Below, piece after piece: positions 23,764 to 31,587 of a stretch of 32,000 nucleotides of DNA (the stretch's first letter is position 1; the number at the start of each line of letters is the position of its first letter). Below the pieces are notes generated by a model. That model saw nothing but the letters and a program-made list of their open reading frames with translations, did not search any database and was not told the origin of the DNA. The position numbers and the translations under genes were made by a program. This DNA comes from Hyperthermus butylicus DSM 5456 (GTDB lineage: Archaea > Thermoproteota > Thermoprotei_A > Sulfolobales > Pyrodictiaceae), in NCBI RefSeq assembly GCF_000015145.1, contig NC_008818.1, positions 1,380,001 to 1,412,000 of the forward strand, written 5' to 3'.

Positions 23764-24187
23764 AGACATGCGGATAAAACATTATGCTCTGATAGCGTTT
23801 ATGGTGCTACCCCCCATTCCTAGCCTCCAATTTATCCGTCTTAGCTTCTCGTCGAATGCAACAAATACAGCATCGTAGCTTATTGCGGTGACTACCATAT
23901 CGGAGCTAACAATAGCAGCATAATCCTTCTACGTGTTGCTTTCCACTCCAAGGAAGCAGGAAGCAATAGTAGCCGTATAGAGCACAGCAATAGCGAGCTT
24001 CAGCTCCACAGCGATAACATTATTTCCCTCTTGAACCCAGGTCGGACCCAGCTCTTTCATTCACCCGGCGTTTAAGATAGACGCTACTGTTAGAGCCTTG
24101 TAGCGGTCTACCCCGGATCTGGAAGGGTTGTAGCTGGGGTGTTGGCTGCTGGGCCGGCGTAGGGGGCGTAGGATCAAGGATAAGGAC

Positions 24188-24967
24188 TTGTTTGAGACTG
24201 TGGAGGAGGTCTGGGATAGTCAGACCCTGCTGGCGGCCTACGAGGTTATGAGGAGGCTCCGCATAGACCGTTTTGCTGGCGTTGTTAGTGCGGGGAAGGA
24301 GGCCCGGGTCTACCGGGCGATCGGAAGGGACGGCAAGGAGTACGCCGTGAAGATCTACCTTACGGTTACCGCTGAGTTCCGGAAGAGCATCCAGAAGTAC
24401 CTCCTTGGCGACCCTCGGTTCGAGGGCGTAGACATAAGCAATACCAAGAAGCTGTTCTTCGCCTGGGCCCGCAAGGAGTACCGGAACTTGAAGAGAATGT
24501 GGGAGGCTGGCGTAAACGTCCCCCGGCCGTACCTGGTCTACCAGAACATCATAGTGATGGAGTTTCTGGGCCGCAACGGGCTCAGAGCCCCGACACTACA
24601 CGAGGTAAAGCACGAGCTGGAGCCCGAGGAGGCGGAGAAGCTGGCGTGGGAGGCGGTAGACCAGTATGCCCGCATCTACTGCTGCGCTAGGCTGGTACAC
24701 GCCGACTATAGCGAGTACAACCTAATGCTCCTAGACGGCAAGCTATACGTGATAGATGTGGCCCAGGCTGTCTCGCTGGAACACCCCAACGCCGAGGACT
24801 TCCTACGTCACGACATTGAGAACATATACCGGTTCTTCCATAAACAACTCGGCGTGGAGCTACCCGAGCCCCAGGAGCTACTCGAGAGGGTGAAACAATG
24901 CAGGATACAGTGCGTCGAGAGGAAAGTGGAGGAGGAAACTCAGCGGGCCAGCAGGAGGGCAGGGTGA
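24188..24967 (+). CDS. rio1: RIO-type serine/threonine protein kinase Rio1
   Basis: Matching blocks: GVVSAGKEARVYRAIGRDGKEYAVKIY (flexible loop and catalytic Lys), IIVMEFLG, LVHADYSEYNLMLLDGKLYVIDVAQAV (catalytic and metal-binding loops). TTG start; the stop overlaps the next gene's start in GTGA. Confidence 0.9.
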   Translation: MFETVEEVWDSQTLLAAYEVMRRLRIDRFAGVVSAGKEARVYRAIGRDGKEYAVKIYLTVTAEFRKSIQKYLLGDPRFEGVDISNTKKLFFAWARKEYRNLKRMWEAGVNVPRPYLVYQNIIVMEFLGRNGLRAPTLHEVKHELEPEEAEKLAWEAVDQYARIYCCARLVHADYSEYNLMLLDGKLYVIDVAQAVSLEHPNAEDFLRHDIENIYRFFHKQLGVELPEPQELLERVKQCRIQCVERKVEEETQRASRRAG

Positions 24968-25542
24968 CCCCAGGCCTCCTAAGGCTCTACGCTAAGGTGC
25001 CACCGGACCGTATCGGCGTGCTGATAGGCGAAGGCGGCAAGGTGAAGATAGAGGTTATGAAGAGGACCAGGACAAAGATAACCGTGGACAGCACCACCGG
25101 CATGGTTATAATTGAGCCTGAGTCGCCAGACGTGCCACCATACATGGTTATGAAGGCCCAGGAGTTCGTACGGGCAATAGCATACGGCTTCAGCCCCGAG
25201 CGCGCCATGAGGGTTCTCGACGACGACCAGGTACTAGTAGTGATAGATCTCAAGCAGTACGTAGGCGATAGCCCTAACCACCTGCAGAGGGTGAAGGGCA
25301 GGATCATAGGCGAGAAGGGCAGAGCTAGGAAGACCATAGAGGAGATGACTGGCACCTACATATCAATCTACGACAACTACGTCGCAATAATCGGGGACTT
25401 CGAAACAGCAAACATAGCAAAACAGGCAATAGAAATGCTGATACAGGGCAGGCAACACAGCACAGTCTACAGGTTCCTGGAGAGAACAATGTTCAGGCTA
25501 CGCCGCGCACGCATGACCGAGCTATGGGAACAGCCATTCTAA
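24964..25542 (+). CDS. KH-domain RNA-binding protein, archaeal Dim2/Pno1 homologue
   Basis: Two KH-like modules (RIGVLIGEGGKVKIEVMKRT and VKGRIIGEKGRARKTIEEMTG) and the conserved C-terminal LIQGRQHSTVYRFLE. The start is placed at GTG 24964, overlapping the rio1 stop, rather than the track's 24898. Rio1-Dim2 adjacency is a conserved archaeal arrangement. Confidence 0.85.
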   Translation: MTPGLLRLYAKVPPDRIGVLIGEGGKVKIEVMKRTRTKITVDSTTGMVIIEPESPDVPPYMVMKAQEFVRAIAYGFSPERAMRVLDDDQVLVVIDLKQYVGDSPNHLQRVKGRIIGEKGRARKTIEEMTGTYISIYDNYVAIIGDFETANIAKQAIEMLIQGRQHSTVYRFLERTMFRLRRARMTELWEQPF

Positions 25543-26042
25543 CCCCATTCCATCGGGGATGACGAAAGCCAGGATTACCGACAAGTGATGATTCTCCCGA
25601 AGCCCGACCCCTACCCATGCTGATCTACCAAGCTTAAGATAGTACCACGAATGCTTACCGTTAAAAAGTTTAAAAGTCCCACACCAGGTCACTTCATAAC
25701 GATATAGGTATGCTGGAAAAGGGTAGCCTACCCAGACTATCATACAAAGCGATGGTATCTCGAAAATTATACTTCAAAGAATGATTCTATCCCATATAGG
25801 CATAGTGGTGTCCTGCAGGAGGAACATAGTAGAAGAACGGGGCCCCTGGGAGCCCCAGTAATACTAGGGGGTTCCCAGGTATTTAAACATATTGATTAGT
25901 GGTCTTTTTGTGAGCTAATCCTCGATGGTATACCAGTGTACCAGTCTTAGGAGGCGCTCGTCATAGACCCGATGAATGAGCGGTAACAGCTTTTTACTAG
26001 CCCCCCTCATCCTCCGAGGCCAAACTAGAGTGTAGAATTGCC

Positions 26043-26325
26043 ATGGTTACCGTGTAAAGTGATAAGCTCGACGAGGTAAGCTTCTACCTCCAAACAATCC
26101 GCCGTGCTAGGGACGAAGCTGTCCGCAAAGTGTTCGAGGATGTTGCACGGGAGGAGAAAATCCATATAGGCGAGTGCGTTCGGCTTTTACTACTACGCTG
26201 TTATTGCTCTCCTAAAACAGCTTGACCCCGAGCAAGCCCAGGCGTTTGAGGAAGGATTACGGGAAGTAGCCGAACTCCTAGACGAACATGCAGCCAGGGG
26301 CGTCAGCGGCAGCAAGCAGAGCTAG
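26043..26325 (+). pseudogene. Decayed ferritin-like gene of the encapsulated-ferritin (EncFtn)-like type
   Basis: ATG 26043 is followed by an in-frame TAA at codon 5. It then reads DKLDEVSFYLQTIRRARDEAVRKVFEDVAREEKIHIGE, and after a frameshift another frame reads LLKQLDPEQAQAFEEGLREVAELL...*. The EEK-H-GE...LL..LDP......EG..EV pattern is what I recall for EncFtn/Flp-type small ferritin-like proteins. The family call is from memory. Confidence 0.45.
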
Positions 26326-26397
26326 CAAATGCACAAATATAGCACACATGGAAGCGCGCCAGGGCTCCTCCAGCGAGCTCTGCACCCGGCGGTTTTC

Positions 26398-27015
26398 CTA
26401 GCTGGTCGCCTCCACGGGTATCTCTGCAACGGTATAGTAGTTGTCGCTTATCCGTATTAGCACGTGTATAGTGTACTGGTAGCCACCCACGGGACCATAT
26501 TCAACTCTCACGGTCACCGGGATCCCGGGCTCAAGCACACCTACATCATACAGCCTCAGTGCCACACAGTTCTGGATGAAGCTCGAAAGTTGATAGTAGC
26601 CATTCCCATAGGCTATGTAGACGTTGCGGCAGGGCGCGGTGATGCTGGCTAGTTGATTCCAGCCCGTGGGACTACTTGCATCTGCTATCTCGGAGGCTAG
26701 TATGTAGACATTAAAATCATAGTTTGAAGGCGGTGCTATCCTGGACGTGTTCCTGTCGAACGCTATAACGGTCACGTAGAGCCTCACTGGAGCTTCTAAA
26801 GCCTCGCCATAAATGTTTACGACTGTTACATTATCCTCGCCGTAGACAGGTACCGCGCTTATAGCAGCAGATGTCCTCGCGATAAGCGATGCTATCTCAT
26901 TACCCGTACGCTGTGCCGCGATAAGCGGAGTAAGGTAGTAGATAAGACCATAAGCTATAACCAGAGCCACGCCAACCATTATAGCGGTGGAAATCAATTC
27001 AGCTTGACCACGCAT
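26398..27015 (-). CDS. Hypothetical extracellular protein with an archaeal class III (type IV pilin-like) signal peptide
   Basis: The start is placed at ATG 27015. The track's 27144 start would overlap the upstream gene by 100 nt. The N-terminus MRGQAELISTAIMVGVALVIAYGLIYYL is a short basic leader, then G-Q/A, then a ~20-residue hydrophobic helix. The rest looks beta-rich. Confidence 0.6.
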   Translation of the reverse strand: MRGQAELISTAIMVGVALVIAYGLIYYLTPLIAAQRTGNEIASLIARTSAAISAVPVYGEDNVTVVNIYGEALEAPVRLYVTVIAFDRNTSRIAPPSNYDFNVYILASEIADASSPTGWNQLASITAPCRNVYIAYGNGYYQLSSFIQNCVALRLYDVGVLEPGIPVTVRVEYGPVGGYQYTIHVLIRISDNYYTVAEIPVEATS

Positions 27016-27043
27016 AGTCACAAGCACCTCGTCCCTACGTCCC

Positions 27044-29467
27044 CTAACGGTGTAGGAACCACAAGCTAGTCCACTCAATGGCAACTGTGAAGTCCATATC
27101 GTTAATAGTGTTATATGCTGTCCAGCCATTAGTTTCAAGCTCACTTACGTAGGGATCGTTGAAACCCAGCACAACATAGAATGTCTCGTTCCTATCTGGC
27201 ACTGCCAGGTAGACGGCATCGGTTAGGAAGTTGGTGTTAGGAGGCCATGTATCCTCAACGTCGTCGAGCTCCTGGTAGATGTACTCTCTACTCGAGAATA
27301 CATAGCCAGTACTATTTATCAGGTAGACTCCGAACAAGCCCTTACGGGGATCGTCAACATCCCCCGTGTCTGAGCCCGAATTATCGTGGAAGTAGTAGCG
27401 AAGCTGCATCGACACTTGCGCCACCTCGCTGCCGTTGACCTCATATCCTATAAATACGACGTATATCGTGGCTGTAGTATAGTCAATACAGCCTCTAGCA
27501 TTAAAGTCCGATAAAATTGTGCCATCCGGCAACCTATACATACTTCTATATATACTTGTTGCATAGCCCACTATATCGTCGTAAGTGTAGTCCCATCCGA
27601 TTCCAGTCTCCTCAGTCATAAACACTAACTCCGTTAACCCGTTCGTATCAACATCCACGAAGGCTATGTATGGGTCAAGACCACCAGTTTCATCTACCTG
27701 AAACTCATAAAGTAACACCTTCACGTCTTTTGCATACAAGGTGCCAATAACATAATTGTTACCTTTGGGACCGGATACGGCACCGTAAAGGCCACTATAA
27801 CCTTCCACGTAGTAGAAGCCAGCGTAGTAGTAAAAGCCGAACGCTTTAGTATCGTTCAGCCAGCCACTTGTGCGGTAATCATAGAGTTCAAGGAAGTGCG
27901 CCTTCTGGGCAGCCAGTTTCACGCGGAATGGATATGGAGTCAAGCCGCTGATATCGTTGCTTTCGTCGTCTATAATTGGACTGGCTACAACTACTAGATC
28001 TCCTGCTGTGCCATAACCTGTTGAATCTATGATCACACCGGTACGGTTAACGTAATCAGAGCCTAGTGTCACGTTTAAGTCATAAACCTTCATCACGTAT
28101 GTAACCCGCCACTGACTCGTAGCGGATCCTTCGACTTTTAAGCGGGCAAGCCAGCAGCCACTCCCACGAAATACGACGCCGTTCCATGATGTTTTATTCT
28201 CTGGAGGACACCATATCGAGATAGGCCATCCTTCCTGATCTATGCCGCGAACAAACAGCCCTACACCATTGAGATCTAGAATTGCTCGCTCAATAGTAAA
28301 GCTTAGTTCTTCGTTCTCAGCGCCAATGTTGTAGTAGCTCGTTTCAACCGGTGCTTTTGCCAGTAGTGATGTGAGGGAACCAGTGGAACCTAGTGGGCAC
28401 ACATTCTTCATGTAGACATTGTTATCTCCGCCCACGTAGAGGCCGGTGAAGCATAGCTCCCAGCTTCCATCTGGCTTCTTGGCAACAATTGTGCCAAGGT
28501 GTACACCATCATCGGTGAAGCTTGGCCTCCATGGAATCCAGGTATATCCGGCATAGAGTAGCGAGATGCTATACTTTGACTCGGTATAGCTGCCGCCCAT
28601 ACCGCCAAGCACAAAACTGCCTGCAAACGGCATCATAGAGTCTATATAGACAAGGTCATAGACCTTCTCCCCGCTATACTTGTAGGCACCAAGCGCCCAG
28701 TACCCGATATCATCGTTTGTTTCAATGGTATGGTATCCCTTATCGGTTGCGCAGAGTGCCCTTGTAATACCGCTATCTGCTATTGTATCCTGGCTCTTTT
28801 TTGGCTCTGCAAGGTTTGTAGTGACTGCTATATCGGGGTTTTGCAATAGATCATCCAGACTTGTGTAATTAACGAATATTAGGTAGTATGCTTGTACAGC
28901 TCCAGCAACCTCTGCGTATGTCGTCTGGCTTTCGGCGAGTTTTAGTACTGGTATGTAGCTGCCTTCAACCAAGAATATCCCTAGCAGCTCGCCGTTAGTG
29001 ATGATTACCTTCACATACTCGCCAGGTTTGATTGCTATACCACCGTAGTTAAGTATCCAGGAGCTAGGTGATGGTGACACCTTAAACCTAGTGGAGCCAC
29101 TAATACCGCAGCCTAGGGTGCAGTTACCTGCCTTCACTAAATGGATATAGCCATTGTCGTCACGTACTATTAGTAGGTACACAATGTGAAGTCGTGAATC
29201 TTTGTTCGTTAATGTGTATGTTTTAGTTCCACCGCTAACCGTCACAGAGATGTCCAGCTTAGGTATGGCAGTCCTGGCCTTCTCAAATAGCGTAGATACG
29301 AGTCTGCTATGTGTAACATTGCTGCTAGCATGAAGGTATATGATGAACGGTATTAGCACAGATATCAGGAACGTAATTATGATTATTGCTGCAATGGTAC
29401 CCGATATACCCCTAGTAGGCCTTGTAAGTTTCGGCAATGCCAGCCACCGAGATACCCTTAGCTGCAC
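27044..29467 (-). CDS. Large (807 aa) extracellular protein with an archaeal class III (type IV pilin-like) signal peptide; putative surface filament or adhesin component
   Basis: The N-terminus ...PKLTRPTRG|ISGTIAAIIIITFLISVLIPFIIY fits the [KR]G-[ISA] prepilin-peptidase site followed by a hydrophobic helix. There is an alternative in-frame TTG start at 29437. The body is Tyr/Gly/Thr/Val-rich with many N-x-S/T sequons (NVT, NCT, NYT, NKT, NRT, NDT, NGS, NST, NET). The DNA is AT-rich; one 60-nt line I hand-counted was 27/60 GC. Confidence 0.7.
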   Translation of the reverse strand: MQLRVSRWLALPKLTRPTRGISGTIAAIIIITFLISVLIPFIIYLHASSNVTHSRLVSTLFEKARTAIPKLDISVTVSGGTKTYTLTNKDSRLHIVYLLIVRDDNGYIHLVKAGNCTLGCGISGSTRFKVSPSPSSWILNYGGIAIKPGEYVKVIITNGELLGIFLVEGSYIPVLKLAESQTTYAEVAGAVQAYYLIFVNYTSLDDLLQNPDIAVTTNLAEPKKSQDTIADSGITRALCATDKGYHTIETNDDIGYWALGAYKYSGEKVYDLVYIDSMMPFAGSFVLGGMGGSYTESKYSISLLYAGYTWIPWRPSFTDDGVHLGTIVAKKPDGSWELCFTGLYVGGDNNVYMKNVCPLGSTGSLTSLLAKAPVETSYYNIGAENEELSFTIERAILDLNGVGLFVRGIDQEGWPISIWCPPENKTSWNGVVFRGSGCWLARLKVEGSATSQWRVTYVMKVYDLNVTLGSDYVNRTGVIIDSTGYGTAGDLVVVASPIIDDESNDISGLTPYPFRVKLAAQKAHFLELYDYRTSGWLNDTKAFGFYYYAGFYYVEGYSGLYGAVSGPKGNNYVIGTLYAKDVKVLLYEFQVDETGGLDPYIAFVDVDTNGLTELVFMTEETGIGWDYTYDDIVGYATSIYRSMYRLPDGTILSDFNARGCIDYTTATIYVVFIGYEVNGSEVAQVSMQLRYYFHDNSGSDTGDVDDPRKGLFGVYLINSTGYVFSSREYIYQELDDVEDTWPPNTNFLTDAVYLAVPDRNETFYVVLGFNDPYVSELETNGWTAYNTINDMDFTVAIEWTSLWFLHR

Positions 29468-29510
29468 CTAAATCCTAATTCTAAGAGAGAGGTTAGTATT
29501 TGAGTACTAG

Positions 29511-29518
29511 TATAAAAC
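29511..29518 (-). promoter_or_regulatory. Candidate TATA box for the pilin-like two-gene operon
   Basis: The minus strand reads GTTTTATACTAG, with TTTTATA ~44 nt upstream of GTG 29467. Confidence 0.35.
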
Positions 29519-29875
29519 CTTTCCTCGAAGAGGCAGGCAAAAATCGAACAGCAAGGAAATGAACGAGAGCAACTTGGTAAACCCACAGCTAAGCACTCTC
29601 CACCCAGGTATTAACACCCCCGAACAGGGTAAACCGAACCACAACCACAGACTAGAAGTGGAGCCCGCAGGGCCCGCCCCACCCTCCCCGCGCACAACCC
29701 AACACACCGAGCCGCCGGGGCCCCGGGGTCCGTTGGGCCGGCCCAGGGGGTGGGGTTGGGCTCTGTGGGCTCTCCATTCTCTCTTGCTAGTAGCTTGCCT
29801 GTGTTGTTGCTAGTTCTTCGAGGTGGGTTAGTGCTGGTAGTTCCTGGATGAAGCCTTTGAGCCTTGAGACGGGGA

Positions 29876-30484
29876 CTATGAGACGCCCTCGGCTAGCTTG
29901 GGCACGTTTTCGCGCAGCGTTATGATGACTGGTATGAGTCGCCATGTGCCTCTTGGTAATCTCAGCTTCCACCAGAGCTTGGCGAGCCTCTCTAGTCTCT
30001 CGCGGTGCTGTCGTGCGGCTTCCCGGAGCCTCGATGGTGTTGCTGTTCGCGGGTTCCAGTGTTTGCAGTCCACTACGATGCCTAGCTTTGCTGGGGGGTC
30101 GAGCCCTAGCACGTCTACTTCTAGGCCTCCCTTTCCTGGCACCCTGAGGCTGCGGTAAACCGTGTAGCCCGCCTCCTCGAGCGCCTTGGCTGTATAGTCT
30201 TCGAACATTTTCCAGTCGAGGCTCCTAGCTACGATGGTCTCGGAGGCCCCGTTCTTCACGGCGGCTATTGCCAGCTCGACAGGGTCGTGAAGACACACTA
30301 CGCCCTCTTCGATGGTTATGGCGCTTGTCGCCTTGGCAAGTGTTTGGAGGGCGTTTTCCACCACTATGGGTCGTAGGAAGGCCTTCTCGGCTATCTCTGT
30401 GACCGGCTTGCAGCCCTGTGGCGATAGCTCGGAGAGGATTATCGTGGCTAGCGCTGAGACTGTTAGTTTGTGCCGGCACGGCAC
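29876..30484 (-). CDS. Restriction-endonuclease-fold (PD-(D/E)xK, Mrr-cat-like) protein with a probable N-terminal winged-helix domain
   Basis: The C-terminal half FEDYTAKALEEAGYTVYRSLRVPGKGGLEVDVLGLD...LGIVVDCKHW fits the E...D-x-D...(D/E)-x-K layout of Mrr-type nuclease cores. The N-terminal ~90 aa is helical. Confidence 0.5.
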   Translation of the reverse strand: MPCRHKLTVSALATIILSELSPQGCKPVTEIAEKAFLRPIVVENALQTLAKATSAITIEEGVVCLHDPVELAIAAVKNGASETIVARSLDWKMFEDYTAKALEEAGYTVYRSLRVPGKGGLEVDVLGLDPPAKLGIVVDCKHWNPRTATPSRLREAARQHRERLERLAKLWWKLRLPRGTWRLIPVIITLRENVPKLAEGVS

Positions 30485-30534
30485 CCCCTTAGCCCCCGAG
30501 CTTGGGGCTAGGATTTATCCGGGCTGCCTGGGCT

Positions 30535-31587
30535 GTGAGGGTTGAACTCGTCTGGTTCGACTCGCTGGGCGCCAAGGGTGCCTCCGTGCTCGTGGAGGCC
30601 TGTGGGCACCGGGTCGTCATAGACCCGGGCGTTGCCGTTATGCATCCCTCCTTCCCGGCGAGCCGTGAGGCCAAGGAGGAGTGGTACCGTGAGGGCCTCG
30701 GCCGCGTCATGGAGGCGCTGAAGAGGGCTGACATAGTTGTAGTGACACATTACCATCATGACCACTACCTCTACCGGCCCGAGCACATAAGCCTCTACCT
30801 GGGCAAGACGCTTTACGCGAAGAACCCAAACATCTACGTTAACGAGTCCCAGCACGAGAGAGCCCTAGAATTCTACTCTATGCTCTACCGCTTAGCCGGC
30901 ATCGGAGACCACCTAGAGGAGCCAGCACTAGATCCAAACGATATTCCCGACCCTCTGGACTCTCTCCTCGAGGCTCGTTCGCGCAGCTTCCCAGGCTACG
31001 ATAAGCGTAGGAGGGAACTCCTAGAGAGGGGACGCGGGTGGTTCAAGCGCCTCGTTGGGAGATGGGCTAGCTGGAGGTGGATACGTAGCCTAGAGGCGAA
31101 TGGGCTCCATGTAGTGTGGGCTGACGGAGAGGTCTTCGAGCATGGCTGCTTAAGGCTCCGCTTCACAGGCCCCCTATTCCACGGTGTGGAGTACACTAGG
31201 GTAGGCTGGGTTATCGGCGTCATAGTGGAGGCTGGGAGGCGTAGGCTCTTCTACAGCTCCGACGTCAACGGCCCCGTCATAGAAGACTATGCCTCCATGA
31301 TAATAGAGGCGGCACCGGACACGCTGATCCTCGATGGGCCTCCAACATACCTCCTTGGCTACATGCTCAACCGGGTAAACCTCAGCAGAGCTATCGAGAA
31401 CGCCGTGAGAATAGTCTCCGAGACGACCAGGCTTGAAACCGTGGTCTACGACCACCACCTGGCAAGGGAGCCCCGGTTCCGAGAAAGAGCAGCACCCGTA
31501 TGGGAAGTCGCGAAACGCAGGGGTGTCAAGCTGGCAACAGCTGCAGAACACATGGGACTCGTTCCAGCCGTACTACGTAGAGCCTAG
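30535..31587 (+). CDS. Metallo-beta-lactamase-fold hydrolase, archaeal UPF0282/COG2248-like
   Basis: VELVWFDSLGAKGASVLVEACGHRVVIDPGV followed by IVVVTHYHHDHY (H-x-H-x-D-H zinc motif) and a later SSDVNGP. The start is probably GTG 30535 rather than TTG 30502. Confidence 0.75.
   Translation: MRVELVWFDSLGAKGASVLVEACGHRVVIDPGVAVMHPSFPASREAKEEWYREGLGRVMEALKRADIVVVTHYHHDHYLYRPEHISLYLGKTLYAKNPNIYVNESQHERALEFYSMLYRLAGIGDHLEEPALDPNDIPDPLDSLLEARSRSFPGYDKRRRELLERGRGWFKRLVGRWASWRWIRSLEANGLHVVWADGEVFEHGCLRLRFTGPLFHGVEYTRVGWVIGVIVEAGRRRLFYSSDVNGPVIEDYASMIIEAAPDTLILDGPPTYLLGYMLNRVNLSRAIENAVRIVSETTRLETVVYDHHLAREPRFRERAAPVWEVAKRRGVKLATAAEHMGLVPAVLRRA

Noticed and set aside
25522-25743. A 73-aa minus-strand ORF after the Dim2 gene.
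   Set aside because: It overlaps the Dim2 3' end, has no signal or motif, and sits in an AT-rich spacer where random ORFs of this size are plausible.
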